This document shows positions 25,961 to 38,824 of a stretch of 64,000 nt of DNA, in pieces. The stretch spans positions 62,001-126,000 of the forward strand of contig JALDTO010000251.1 of the NCBI GenBank assembly GCA_023515725.1. Reading direction: 5' to 3'. The position numbers and the translations under genes were made by a program. The first letter of the stretch is position 1, and every line of letters starts with the position of its first letter. Below the pieces are notes generated by a model. That model did not search any database. It saw only the letters and a program-made list of their open reading frames with translations, and had not been told where the DNA came from. The DNA is from Amoeboaphelidium protococcarum X5 (taxonomy: Eukaryota > Fungi > Aphelidiomycota).

Positions 25961-28717
25961 TCAATGGAAACCAGGATAGTAAAACTGAGACAAGTCTTGA
26001 TCCTTCACCATTACCTGACGCTGCGCGGTGGAGATTTTGTACGTGAGACGATGACGAGTAGGATAGAGCGTGGAATCAATTTTTCTTACAAGCAACAGTG
26101 GTAAACTGAATGATGTAGAGGAGCCCAATTCATTCATTTGAATCGAGGCAAGTTACGAAGGAAATCCTTTCGGAGTTTTATCAGACACATTACCACGAAG
26201 CATCGACTGAGGATCAATCGATGTCACAGCATTAGTATTATCGCCCCTTTGACCAGCTTGCATAATAATAGATTATAAATGAAGATTTGGTACATTTTAA
26301 GCCAGATTCTCTAGCCATAAGCCACGGTGAACGCAGTCAGAGATGGTCGGTACAACAACGATCTAACGAAGCTTAACTTCTAACGCAGGCTATTGTAACG
26401 CAATAGAATTTTCAGATAGTAGAGACACCAATGGAACGACAGTCAAATTATCAGTAGTGACAAAGTACTCAGCATGTAAAGTATTACATTGAACATTACC
26501 CAGGTATAACGCAAAATCACACAATCTAAGAGCTTCCTTGACGCTGACGTTACGACGCTTTGATATCTCATGAAGTATAAGGGCGAAGCTATACACATCA
26601 AATTTGATATCAAATACAGCAACCGTCCTTCCACCACGAACACCGCTGGCAACTTGATTAAGCGACGTGAATTCCATAAATTGCATATCATAGCCTTAGA
26701 TCTATGGGACAGGACTGAAAGGAAGCTACATAGCCGCAGATTATAACTACTGATACCAGCTATACTGAACTTGTTTAACATTAACTATGGTCCAAGTAGA
26801 AATTTCTGTGATTGCATTGTCTTTTGAGTAGACCGCGGTGGCCTCGCCACTATCCATATTGATAGAAAGGTAATATCCGGGTCTATCTGCAAACTCAAAA
26901 GATAAATGTTGCAATTAAGTCAGAGGCGCAGGTACAGCTGAGTCTACATCGGTGCTTCCATGAGTTTATGCAGCAGCTCTGCCTGATTTACTTACATCAG
27001 CTGTTCGCACTATCAATCGAGGTGATCTAAAGTCAGGATTAGTGCTGCAGATACGAACAATCTGTCCATCAAAGATGACTCGTTCTTGATTATCTTCAAA
27101 TGAATGAGTACCACTGATCTAAAGCTAGAAGGGATGCCAAGCAACATTCTTACCAACCAATACTCGTCGCCCTTCTCTGGCATTGAACTCAAGTGCAAGA
27201 CAACGCGTAGAAATATTCTAATTCTTGACGCGATTAAACAGCGCAATAGCAGAACCAGCAACTATAATGTCCGGTCCAAATGCTGCCTGGCTTGTGAGAG
27301 GAGACAGCGGTTTCTTTGCCAATTTTGAACTGAATTTCCTCTTGGAAGGCTTGGAGATGAGACTCATTGGCTGCGATTGGAAAGTCCCCAAGTGACCTTA
27401 TTTCTAATCTGATAATCTAAAATTGAGAACAAAATCCTTCTTTTGCTAATCTGCCACTAGTGATGGACCCAAAATCTGACCAACATGCTCTCTAACATCC
27501 TATTCTTCCTAATTTATGCCCATCTTGAGTTGACTGACATCGTTCATGTGCATATTCCGAAAGACTGCCAGTACGCTCTGCTCATCAGGTATCTACAGAT
27601 CCATCTGATGAAGTAAAAGCGATGGCTATCCTCCACAACTGTCCGCATTTAACTAACCGGTGTGATGCGGAGAAGTTGTCACACTGGGAACCTCTTTAGC
27701 ATCTTACTCCTCTCCAGCTGCTTTAGATCCGCTATTATCAGCATTATCATTCACACTACGTAACAGTTATGAGGACATGCTGATCATTGGAGGTGGGCAA
27801 AAGAAGCGCTTCTCTGTTCCATAGGACTTTTAAGCTATACAAGGAGTCATAACGGTAACTTTGCATACTTTACGATGCCCCGTATCATGGCAGAAATCAT
27901 CAACCACTTTCTAATGATCAGAGTGCCAGAGCTTAGCACCGGGCTCTTCCAATCTACAAATCACCGCGCGCGATTTTAAAAGAAATTCGTGCAAGTCATG
28001 ACTAATTGAATTTTGGGTGGAAGAAGCAAGAGCATCCTTTATAGAAACTTGAACCTGAGCACCTAAATTAGGATCCAACACGAGAGTAGACGGATCACTA
28101 GACGGCGCTCTATCCAACTCTTACACACTTTATCCACCACGAAGGTCCGATTTTCCCGCATTGAAGGGGTCACAATTAGAGTTCAGCGCCAGACGAGACG
28201 CAGCAGCAGATTCAACAGTACTGGTGGATTCATAGCATTACGGAGATCTAGAGGATAGAGACCGATTCTGACTATCGCTATACAAATTCACAGCAGCATT
28301 AGAAGGCGTGACACCCGTGGCAACTCTTTTATTGCTGTTATACAAAATTGCCAGATCATCGTTGGAACTTTGAATCAGGCGATGAGGTCTCTTGTTGTTG
28401 AGCGAAGAACTCTCGTTAGCCCCACTTCTATCCTAGACATTCAAAACTGGCGCCGAGATGGATTAAGGAATCGAAGGTATTAATTGATCATTAATAGAAG
28501 TTTCCTGCCACTGCAAAATGCTATTGCCACCATAATAAGGGAATTCCCCAGTAAACCATGTACTTGAATCGTTGGATGGATATGCGGCGTCAAAACTGTC
28601 CTGGCCGAATATCCCTTCACTCTGGTCAAACAGCTTCTATTGTTCCAGAATATTCTTCAAAATATCATTGATGTCTGTATTATAAGTATCATTATTATTA
28701 TTTGTCATTATAAGCAT
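25961..28717 (-). CDS. CSL / Su(H) / LAG-1 family transcription factor, about 918 aa
   Basis: Signature CIAQKSYGTEKRFFCPPP (Q=TAA), LHISSADK-type motif, beta-trefoil region, C-terminal PLLLVRKIDSTLYPT; long low-complexity N-terminus as in fungal CSLs. Confidence 0.9.
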
Positions 28718-28787
28718 CTAATATTTATATATGATTGAATTATAATATACTACTGCAATAATTGTGTAAGAGTCTATTTCAAATCAC

Positions 28788-28807
28788 CGTGGGAATGAGC
28801 GTGAGAA
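28788..28807 (+). promoter_or_regulatory. Tandem CSL-binding consensus sites CGTGGGAA (28788-28795) and CGTGAGAA (28800-28807)
   Basis: Exact matches to the established CSL consensus YGTGRGAA, about 70-90 bp upstream of the CSL ATG. Function is inferred. Confidence 0.65.
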
Positions 28808-29494
28808 AATTTCTCAAAACTCTTTGCGACTACGCCACATTGTTTTGCTCCAACTCAGCTGATTTGGTTTCCCCGTTCCGGCAATATATTTAGTCAGTGA
28901 CGTAACTAGCTTTCAATTCCAGGTACTCACACCACATTAAAAAAGTTTATCCCAACAATTGTCTAGAAACAGGTAGGAAATTTGCTAGTAAAAGTGCCTA
29001 ATCTCAAATTTTGGGTACGCTGCGCGTCCCCTTGCGTACCGCTAGATACGCCACTGATACTGCCTAATAATTATTTTATTTACTTATTTCTGGTATAAGT
29101 ATCAATATGCTGTACGACCCTTAAATAGCAATAGTTATCATTATCATTCTTTGAGTGTGCTCGTTAATGTTATCACAAGTAGTGGTGGCCTCTTTTCTTG
29201 CTCTTTCTGTGATGAAGCGTTAAAGCATAGTTGATGGTATTTATCAATTGATATCACTTTAACGTGTAGTTTACACAATTAATGGATCATGAACATAACG
29301 TACAGTAAATTAACAATGTACATGGCAGTTTTGCTATGAAGGCCGTTCTCATTCGTCTTTAACAGAGTTTGCATAACACCGAGTCAAAGCATAAAAATTG
29401 CCGCGTTCAAAAAAAGGCTATCCGCTCTAAGTTCTTCCGGTTAAAGTTGAACATAGATGAAAATGTTCAGTTACGCCGGTAGTAAAGCCAACTC

Positions 29495-29502
29495 TTCTCA
29501 CG
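29495..29502 (-). promoter_or_regulatory. Third CSL consensus site CGTGAGAA in the CSL/GMPPA divergent intergenic region
   Basis: TTCTCACG on the + strand. Confidence 0.45.
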
Positions 29503-29829
29503 GCAGGAATAACATCGTACGACACTTCCCCCAAAAATATGCGTTTCAAGCATGGTTGCCCTCTAAATGATCCTTAGTAAGAGATTCGCTGATGATAAAA
29601 TATCCGGCCGAAGCAACTTAACTGACTCATATAAAAATTGAACCCAATCAAGCGAGTCGAAGTGTAGAGATTTTTATATAAACGATAGTAGCATTGCGCA
29701 CTCAAAATCGCGCGTGGTGATCTTGAACAGCGAAATTCTTTCAAAGCGCGTTCTGAGTCAGCAGTTTTAAATATTTTTAAACCTCCGCGTCAACTGCTCA
29801 GAATACCAGCTAAAATAAACATCTGTAAG

Positions 29830-31191
29830 ATGCACAAGGCGGTCATCCTAGTCGGAGGTCCGAGTAGAGGTACAAGATTCCGTCCGCTATCTCTTACAGT
29901 TCCAAAGCCGTTGTTTCCCATTGCTGGTCTGCCTATAGTGTACCACCATGTTCAAGCTCTTGCCAAAGTCCCTGACATGAAGGAGATTCTGTTGATTGGA
30001 TTTTTTGAGCCAAGTGAATTTGCCCAGTTCTTGTAGTAGGTGGCTACCGACTTTCCATCTATTAACGTTAGGTAGGTTTGTCTATGCTCTGAGTAAAATT
30101 GACTTTTAAAAAGTTCTACGACGGTGTGTAGGTATTTGAGAGAGTTCTAATCATTGGGAACTGGTGGTGGTCTTTATCACTTTAGAGATTAGATTCTGCG
30201 TGGATCGCCAGAGTTCATCTTTGTTCTACACGCTGATGTATGCTCTGCATTCCCTCTGCAGAGTATGGTACAGTTTCATAAATAGAAGGGTGCCACTGCT
30301 GCTGGTACTATACTTGGTACCAAAGTCCCGAAAGAGTTGTCACACAAGTACGGATGTATTGTAGCTGAATCAGAATCTGACAAGGTGCTTCATTACGTGG
30401 AGAAGCCAGAGACATTTGTATCTGACCTCATCAGTTGTGGTGTTTACGTCTTCAGCCCGGTGATTTTCAAACTGATGGAGAAGACGTTGGATAGCGCCGC
30501 CTCTATTAGCACCGGTGTAGATCACTCTGAACACTTGAGTCTTGAACAGGATATCCTACGTCCACTAGCTCAAAGCGGTCAGTTATTTGTATATTAAACG
30601 AATGAGTTTTGGCGTCAGATCAAGTCTGCTGGATCCGCTCTTCCATCTAACAAGTTGTACTTGTATTAGTATCGTCATTGCAGTCCAACTAAGTTGGTCC
30701 CTTAGAAGAAGGAGTCAAGTGGTGAGGGTGGTCCTACCATCATTGGCGATGTGTTCATTCATCCATCTGCTCACGTTGATCCATCAGCTAAAATTGGGCC
30801 TAATGTGAGCATCGGTCCAAAGTGTAATATCGGAAAAGGTGTGTGTATTAAAGAGAGCATCATACTGGATAATGTTGAGATTGGTGCAAGCTCTTGCATT
30901 TTGTACTCTATTGTCGGCTGGAATTGCAAGATTGGCTAGTGGGTTAGAATTGAAGGCACGCCTCAGTATGCGGGTGAGAACGTCAGTCCAGCTGCCAATA
31001 TCTCTGATCTGGGTGCTAATGTTTCCACGTCTCCAATGACTGATTTGATGCTCCCAAATGGAGTCAAGAATTAGAGCGTCACGATTCTAGGTGACTCTGT
31101 CAGTGTGGCGAGTGAATAGATCATTCGCAACTGCATCGTCTTGCCGCACAAAGACTTGAACAGCTCTTACAAGAATGAGATTTTAATGTGA
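29830..31191 (+). CDS. GMPPA: Mannose-1-phosphate guanylyltransferase alpha-like; intron 30072-30131
   Basis: [50 protein letters not shown], hexapeptide repeats. Confidence 0.95.
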
Positions 31192-31289
31192 ATTGATATG
31201 CGCAATGTGAGAAAATATAATGATTAGCATTTCTATAAAACAACATTATATTTGTTCAGAATCTTGTGATCCCTTACGCTTGACTGACA

Positions 31290-31997
31290 TCAATAGTAGT
31301 CTGCAATCCTTGCATTGGTGTGTATAGCTTCGCGCTTCTTATCCTGCTTGTGGGTCCGGTAACTATGACAAAAATAGAACACGGTAGAGAGTAGCATCAG
31401 CGCAACTGAAGTAGACGAAAGCCATGCACTGGTGTCTAAACTGACAAAATTTGCCTCAGCATTGGCATTACCCGGATTAGAAGGATCAGTGAAAAATTGT
31501 TCAAGATCAGTTTTAATCCAGTCATTATAATATAGAGCTGTTCCAAACGCGGCAACCTGAGTCAGACACGCCACCATAGCCAAAGAGCTGACAATGATGT
31601 GTCGGAAGCGCAGTAGTGATATAAAAAGAGTGAGGAGTAGAACAGCGGCTGCAGCGATGTGAACGTACGGCAAGGCTTTACTATACACATCAGCTATTGG
31701 AGATGATTTACCAGAAGTGAGCGAGTACACCTGTGCATCTGCCAGAGCAGAGCATTGTGGGAAAGCAGACTGTGGAGATACAAAACAAAACTCCCATAAA
31801 CTCATCCAAAATGAGATTATGTAAAATTGACCCACTTCTTGCGCGTTTATATCGTATGCAATGGCGCCCTTGAGCCATGGTAACTCTTTCAGTGTACCAG
31901 CGTTAATTCCACCAATAGTAGCCACTACTGTGAGAACCAACGCGAACAGATTCAATACTCTGGCAATTAACAAATTTATTGTAAAGCTTTCGTACAT
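31290..31997 (-). CDS. SUR7/PalI-like four-TM membrane protein
   Basis: Complete 235-aa ORF with TM1, a loop containing SLWEFC..C (claudin/SUR7-like GLW-C-C), then three TMs. Confidence 0.7.
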   Translation of the reverse strand: MYESFTINLLIARVLNLFALVLTVVATIGGINAGTLKELPWLKGAIAYDINAQEVGQFYIISFWMSLWEFCFVSPQSAFPQCSALADAQVYSLTSGKSSPIADVYSKALPYVHIAAAAVLLLTLFISLLRFRHIIVSSLAMVACLTQVAAFGTALYYNDWIKTDLEQFFTDPSNPGNANAEANFVSLDTSAWLSSTSVALMLLSTVFYFCHSYRTHKQDKKREAIHTNARIADYY

Positions 31998-32376
31998 ACT
32001 AAGCGGATTATTTACATGAAATTTTCAAAGGAGAAGTAGATTAACGCACCTGAAAATAGGTGGTAGTCTGGGTGTGTTCATAATACCTCACATGCTTCAC
32101 ATAGTATAAAGGAGTAGAATACTGAAAGGTGTAAACTGTAACAAACTTAAAGATATACAAACCATTAAATGCTACAGTATATAAGCACGTGATAAAGAGT
32201 AGGCCTCATATACTGGTGAATAGCCTGCGATGACTACTTTGGCCATATTTTCACAAATTTTCCATGATCGTCCTCTCAATTCCACGAACGTGCCCCTGAC
32301 ATTTCTCAGGTGACTTATCAAGTGACTCTATATATAAATTTTACATATTAACAGGGGAACAGGCAAGTATATATAT

Positions 32377-32400
32377 TGAACCTATTGGCGACGCACCGGT
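32377..32400 (+). repeat. Left terminal inverted repeat (24 bp)
   Basis: Exact reverse complement of 34741-34764. Confidence 0.95.
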
Positions 32401-32472
32401 TCACATAGAGTGTTTTAGTGAAAACAGGCAATTAATTATTTTTTTTTTCGCCGCGAACTTGAGTTTCAAAAA

Positions 32473-34503
32473 ATGACCACCTAGCGCTCAACTGGTGGGT
32501 CTGCGAACTTGAAATAGACCAGAAACGTTCAAAAAAAGACTGAAGAGTAGAAGAGGGATGGGTAGATGAAGTGTATCTTCGAGAGACTGGGTGGTGAGTA
32601 AGCTGCTATGGCTTACAAAGATGGCTATTTGAAAGCTAATGAAGTTCAGTCCAAAGAGAGTAAAAGAATCGCTGACGGAATGATAGTTGCTCTTTTCCAC
32701 TTGCATTTAAGTTAAGGCTAGATTAGATTGTTGCTTGGAGCTGGGAGTTCTCGTATCTAAAAGCTGTATAAAGTTCGAGATAATTTTCAAGAGTTGGCAC
32801 AGAAGGCTCCTCAAGTACCTAAACATGCATTCAAAAGTAATGATATTCAGATTATGAAAGACTTTATTCAGTCATTAGAAGTGGAAGATGGTTATCCATG
32901 CGCACATAGACGGGCTCGTACGTTTTTGAAGACTGAAGGAAGTGTGAAAACTACTTGGGAGTCTTTATACCAGTAGTATGTAGCATTCGCTAAAGAGAAG
33001 TCTGAAATTTACGTTGAGAATGAGTCCAAGATCATGGCCTAATCTACATTTAGCTAGAGAGTCTAATATCACTTTCCTGGGTTTCGCTTAGATCGCTCTG
33101 CGGAGGACGTTTGCAACCATTGCAGTGAATTGGAAATTGCCTTGCTTAATCCTGATTTAAGCGATCTTGAGCGTCAAGAGCTTCTACGTTAGCAAACTAT
33201 GCATCTCAATGAAGCCGCTATTTAACGTAGATTTATGAAGGCTTTTATTCTAGAGTATTCCGCCAAAAATGGATCTGTTGTCAGTGTGCCGGAGGAGCAA
33301 TTTGAGCACTCTTTAGAGGAGAATTCTGTGTCTGACATGCCTGTTCAATCTGGTAGTAATTGTACGACTGTAGATGATACACCAGTCAACGGTAGTCCAA
33401 AGGTTCTAATATGCGCTGAAGATTTTGGCGGATCTCTCACACTTCCGCATTACGGGTATCAGAGACCGTAGGTGGATTACTTTAATTCTAACCTTATTTT
33501 ATAGAATTTCATCATCTCTGACATAACGACTGGCATGAACAACATTGTCTTTTACGATGAAAGATTAATGGGAAAGGATGGGAACGCTATGTGCAATTTA
33601 AGAATAAATTACCACTTGTAGCGTAAAGGTTAGTACGACACGTTATTATGTATCATGGACAACTGTGTAGGATAAAATAAAAGTCAGGTCACCATGCGTT
33701 TTGCTGCGATGCTTTCTATTATACTCTACAAGAGAGTTGCTTTGCTTTTCTTACAACCTGGGCATAGTCACATGATGGCTGATAGAGCGGTTGCGTGGAT
33801 GAAGTCGAAGATAAGAAACAAAAATTTGTACGTTCCTGAGCAATTCGTCGCTGAGGTGTCGCAGTGTGAAAGCTTGGTGCCTACATTCTTGGATCATCGC
33901 AAGGATGACGCCCCTTGCTTTACTGATTGGAAAGATGTACTGGATAAGTATTTTAAAAGATTGCCCGATGGATTCACTGGCAATTATTTTTTTGAGTTTG
34001 TAGATGGCGTATGTACGTACAGAAGATTATGCTCTGATGAAGATTGTGTGGAGCTTGACTTGAAGAAGATGGCATCGAACTTAATCAGATAGTACTTACC
34101 AACTCAGCTGTTTGGCTCGCCTGATATCAATTAATGGACTATTGATCAAATTAAACTGCCAAAGCAACCTATCGGTGTTCTTAAGGGTACTAAATTGAAG
34201 TCGCTTGCTGAAAAGTACTTCTCTATTCCTATTCAGTTTCGCGGTTATTATCCATAGTTGACTCCTGATCTGATCAAGGCTGGCAAGGAAGCCGCTGTTC
34301 AAAATAGAGGTATCTTGAAAGTGGCTGATTAAGCTATTGTTAAAGTTTCGATTTCTTCTGACAATAAAGTTGAAGACGCTTAGGCTACTGAACGTCTGAT
34401 AGCAGTAAAGAAACCGGTTGGACGTCCATCTAAGCCGGTAGTGGTGGATAAAAGACAGACTTCTATACTTAGCTTTGTTGCTAAAAAGGTCAGATTGGAT
34501 TGA
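32473..34503 (+). CDS. DDD transposase, Sola-like, 676 aa
   Basis: Single frame under TAR=Gln; EDVCNHC, AEDFGGSLTLP, MDNCVGQNK (Q=TAA), FLQPGHSHMMAD. Confidence 0.88.
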
Positions 34504-34740
34504 GCACTCTTGTTTTGTGATTTAAACTATGAATGAGCGATGAATTGTATGTTTTGACTGAGTTTTAACGCTAGTGTTATAAGGGAAACCACTGTTTGCT
34601 TAGCGACGCCTACGTCTTTCTTACAACTTAGGTGATTGCATTTTTGGAAACAACGTACGGCCAAACCTCGAAAAATGGCCTTAGATTTTGAACTGCATTA
34701 TTTTGAAAAATTTCTACGATACCCGGTGTTCGTCTAACAC

Positions 34741-34764
34741 ACCGGTGCGTCGCCAATAGGTTCA
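34741..34764 (-). repeat. Right terminal inverted repeat (24 bp)
   Basis: Exact reverse complement of 32377-32400. Confidence 0.95.
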
Positions 34765-35113
34765 TATGAATCAAGTGTAAACTTCAATACAGTTAAAATG
34801 TCTCATACAATACCATGATCAACTGAAATATAAAGAGGTGTGAGTCAATCAATCATTCAAACCATCGTCAGGTGAAACTGAAACAGAAACGACCACATGT
34901 GTGTTTCTAAGGTTAGTCGCACGGAGAAACGAAGCGAAACTAACGAGCGAGCGAGCGACGCCTCATTTAACAAACAAGCGCCTCCTCAAACAGCGCCGCC
35001 GCCAACTCTGACCATCTCCGCAACTACGCCGTTTCCCTCTTCTCTTCTCTCTTCTTCGTTCAACAACAACAACAAACAATCTCTGTTTAGTTAACACAAA
35101 CTCTTGATAATAA

Positions 35114-36247
<1,134 letters not shown>

Positions 36248-36545
36248 GCATCTATTTTGGTAATATTTGGAGGATTTAGGATAATGATAATTGGAAATGA
36301 GGTGAATAAAAATGTGAACTGACTTTAATTTTCTTGACTTTATCTCTTTTTAATAAGTGGTTGATTCTTAATATCAACTTATGTTGCCTTCACGTATTGA
36401 ATGGTGCACACCTTCGTCATATTTGAAACGCCCGTCTTTGAATGATTTTTCATGGATCTCTTTAATCGAACACTAAGCAACGCAAGATAGAATAAAAATC
36501 AAGTCGAACCTATTATAATAATGAAGTTTTATCAAGTCAGGCATG

Positions 36546-37130
36546 TCATGCTTCCTTTTGCACAGCCACCGCTTCAATTTCAAATAACACATCTTTGGGC
36601 AAGCGCGCAACTTCAATCGCTGAGCGTGCAGGCTTATTAGGAAAGTACTACACAGTTAAAACTTAAGATATGTATCCATTCTATGTATAGTTATAGAATT
36701 AAGAGACATTACCGTGGCGTAAACTTCATTAACGCGAGCAAAATCGTTCATGTCCTTCAAAAACACCGTGGTCTTTAGAACATGGTCCAGATCAGAGTTT
36801 GACGCTTCTAACACATTCTTCAAGTTGTCAATGGCCAATCTCTACATCTAATGTAATACAAAAATGATAATTAGGCGGATTTAAAGGTCATCTTAGTATC
36901 ACAGATATTCTTACCGCTTAATCTGTAACATCACCACTCAAAATTTCGCCATTCAACTTCAATGGAATCTGACCGGAACAGAACACCATGCCGTTGTAAA
37001 CTTTAGCCTGAGAGTAAGGTCCTATAGCTTTAGGTGCCTTTTCAGTGTTAGTAGTTTAAATCTTGGTCATTTTAAATCCTGATGCTACTTGACGTGTTGT
37101 GCTAAAGAGACGTTGATTTACGCTGAACAT
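36546..37130 (-). CDS. RidA/YjgF/UK114 enamine deaminase; introns 36842-36914 and 36648-36712
   Basis: [52 protein letters not shown]. Confidence 0.94.
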
Positions 37131-37240
37131 TAATTTGTGAGAGTCGCGTCAGAACTGAAAAGCCTTCACAAGAAGGTTATGTGAGTTCAAAGAGTATTAA
37201 AATTATCGCAATCAGAGTAAATTAAAGTTTACTATAATCA

Positions 37241-38443
37241 TCACAGGGAAGATGTTAGATATTGCACTATCTGCTAGAGAATCTGATTACCACCCAGTTC
37301 ATTAATTGCCTTGATAGACTGCTGAGCAATGTTGTGTATGTATTGACGCGTATATTCAAAAGTCCCAGTCTGCTCCATCAATGACACCGCGTACTCCTTC
37401 ACTTCCACCTATTGAGGTTTAGACTTGAGTATATCTACAATCACTTGGTATGCAATCAAATACAATGTAAAGGATATGGTATGTTCTTACTTAACAATTT
37501 AGAGTCGTTTGGTGTTTAGGAGATTGAGTGTATGATGGGGAAGGAGAACTTGCCTTCACTCAGATCCTCGCAGAAGGACTTGTTCTTATGATAATCCTTG
37601 TTCACCAGATTTATATAATCATCTCTGATCTGATACAGTTCGCCAAGTAAATTGACTAAGGGGACAAAGTCAATGTCTTTGTCAGAGCAGCACTGCATCA
37701 ATTTAACCGCTAATCTCAACAACCCGCCCGTTTCTACACACACGTCAATCATTTAACGAACGCGTTACAAATCGTTATAAACTGGTTTAATTAAACGTGG
37801 ATAAACTCACTATTCCGAATCATCTCCAGGTATAGTTACTCTGAAGGACATTTAGCATTATCACGCCAGTAAATGTCCATGCCTTGGCCCTTGTGAAGAT
37901 TTACCATTTCATCTACACAGAGTGATTGACATTACAAAGTTCCCCAGCACTGTGCACGTACAATATACTTACCAGAATATATTCGAATCACTGCAGCCTG
38001 ATTCCTGCTCAGTGTAAGCAACTTTTATAAGGCTAAAAAGTAGACGTAATTGGCGCAATTTATAGTCTAAGCCGTGCCATAGATCTTGTGTGCCACAGGC
38101 TTGCCTCTCCTCAACAGGGAATCATCTTCAACATCATCAACTCTACAATACATTGAAAATTTACTTTCAAGATAATATAACACGAACGGTGTATATTTTA
38201 ATAGAGATTACAGAAGCGATGCATTATGAAGCATTTCAACGACAGATTTTATAACTTCAAGATCTCCAGCAGGCACCCTCAGCCAGTGATCAAACGCCTC
38301 AATCAACTGACTGCGAATCTCTTTACCCGGATGTGAACATAAGTACAAGAACGGCTCCAGCAAGCACTACATATACAGATGATTTTAACTAATCTTCAAG
38401 TAAGCAAGTTAAGTTATACCTTCTCGCTGGTTTCGCTGTCCAT
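37241..38443 (-). CDS. GGPS1: Geranylgeranyl diphosphate synthase; introns 38367-38419, 38143-38211, 37913-37972, 37734-37810, 37435-37490
   Basis: [57 protein letters not shown]. Confidence 0.95.
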
Positions 38444-38824
38444 TTTAAATATAAGCCTTTGAAGTTATGGCAGAAAAACACCAACTCTCAAGTAAGGGGG
38501 TGTGGATGATGTAGTCAAGTCGCGCTTATTCAACCTATGTCGCAGTTAAACGCGTAAATGGAAAATGATATAGAAATTTATTATGGCCACTTCGATAAAC
38601 TTTTGAATTTAAAGTGTTTAATAACTGTAGGCAATAGTTTGATACTTCAAACCATAACTTTCTTCATAGGAAGGTTTGAGTATGGTCCAATCACAAGCTT
38701 ACTCGATATAAAGAGCCTTCTGCGACTGATCTCCTTGATCTTGAAATCCTCTTCTTTATATCTTTTCCCAAAGGATAGATTATTACACTGATATTAAATT
38801 TAAGATCAAGACAGTATTTGTAAA

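Larger units (their letters stand above)
32377..34764 (+). mobile_element. Full-length TIR DNA transposon, Sola-like, about 2.39 kb
   Basis: Perfect 24-bp TIRs TGAACCTATTGGCGACGCACCGGT (32377-32400 and 34741-34764), flanked by TAT on both sides, enclosing one transposase ORF. Confidence 0.92.

Noticed and set aside
29014-29040. GGTACGC...GCGTACC hairpin in the CSL upstream region
   Set aside because: Only a 7-bp stem, with no other support for an ncRNA.
29466-29630. Short minus-strand ORF (about 54 aa under table 6) in the CSL/GMPPA spacer
   Set aside because: No recognisable motif; with one stop codon, ORFs of this length are expected by chance.
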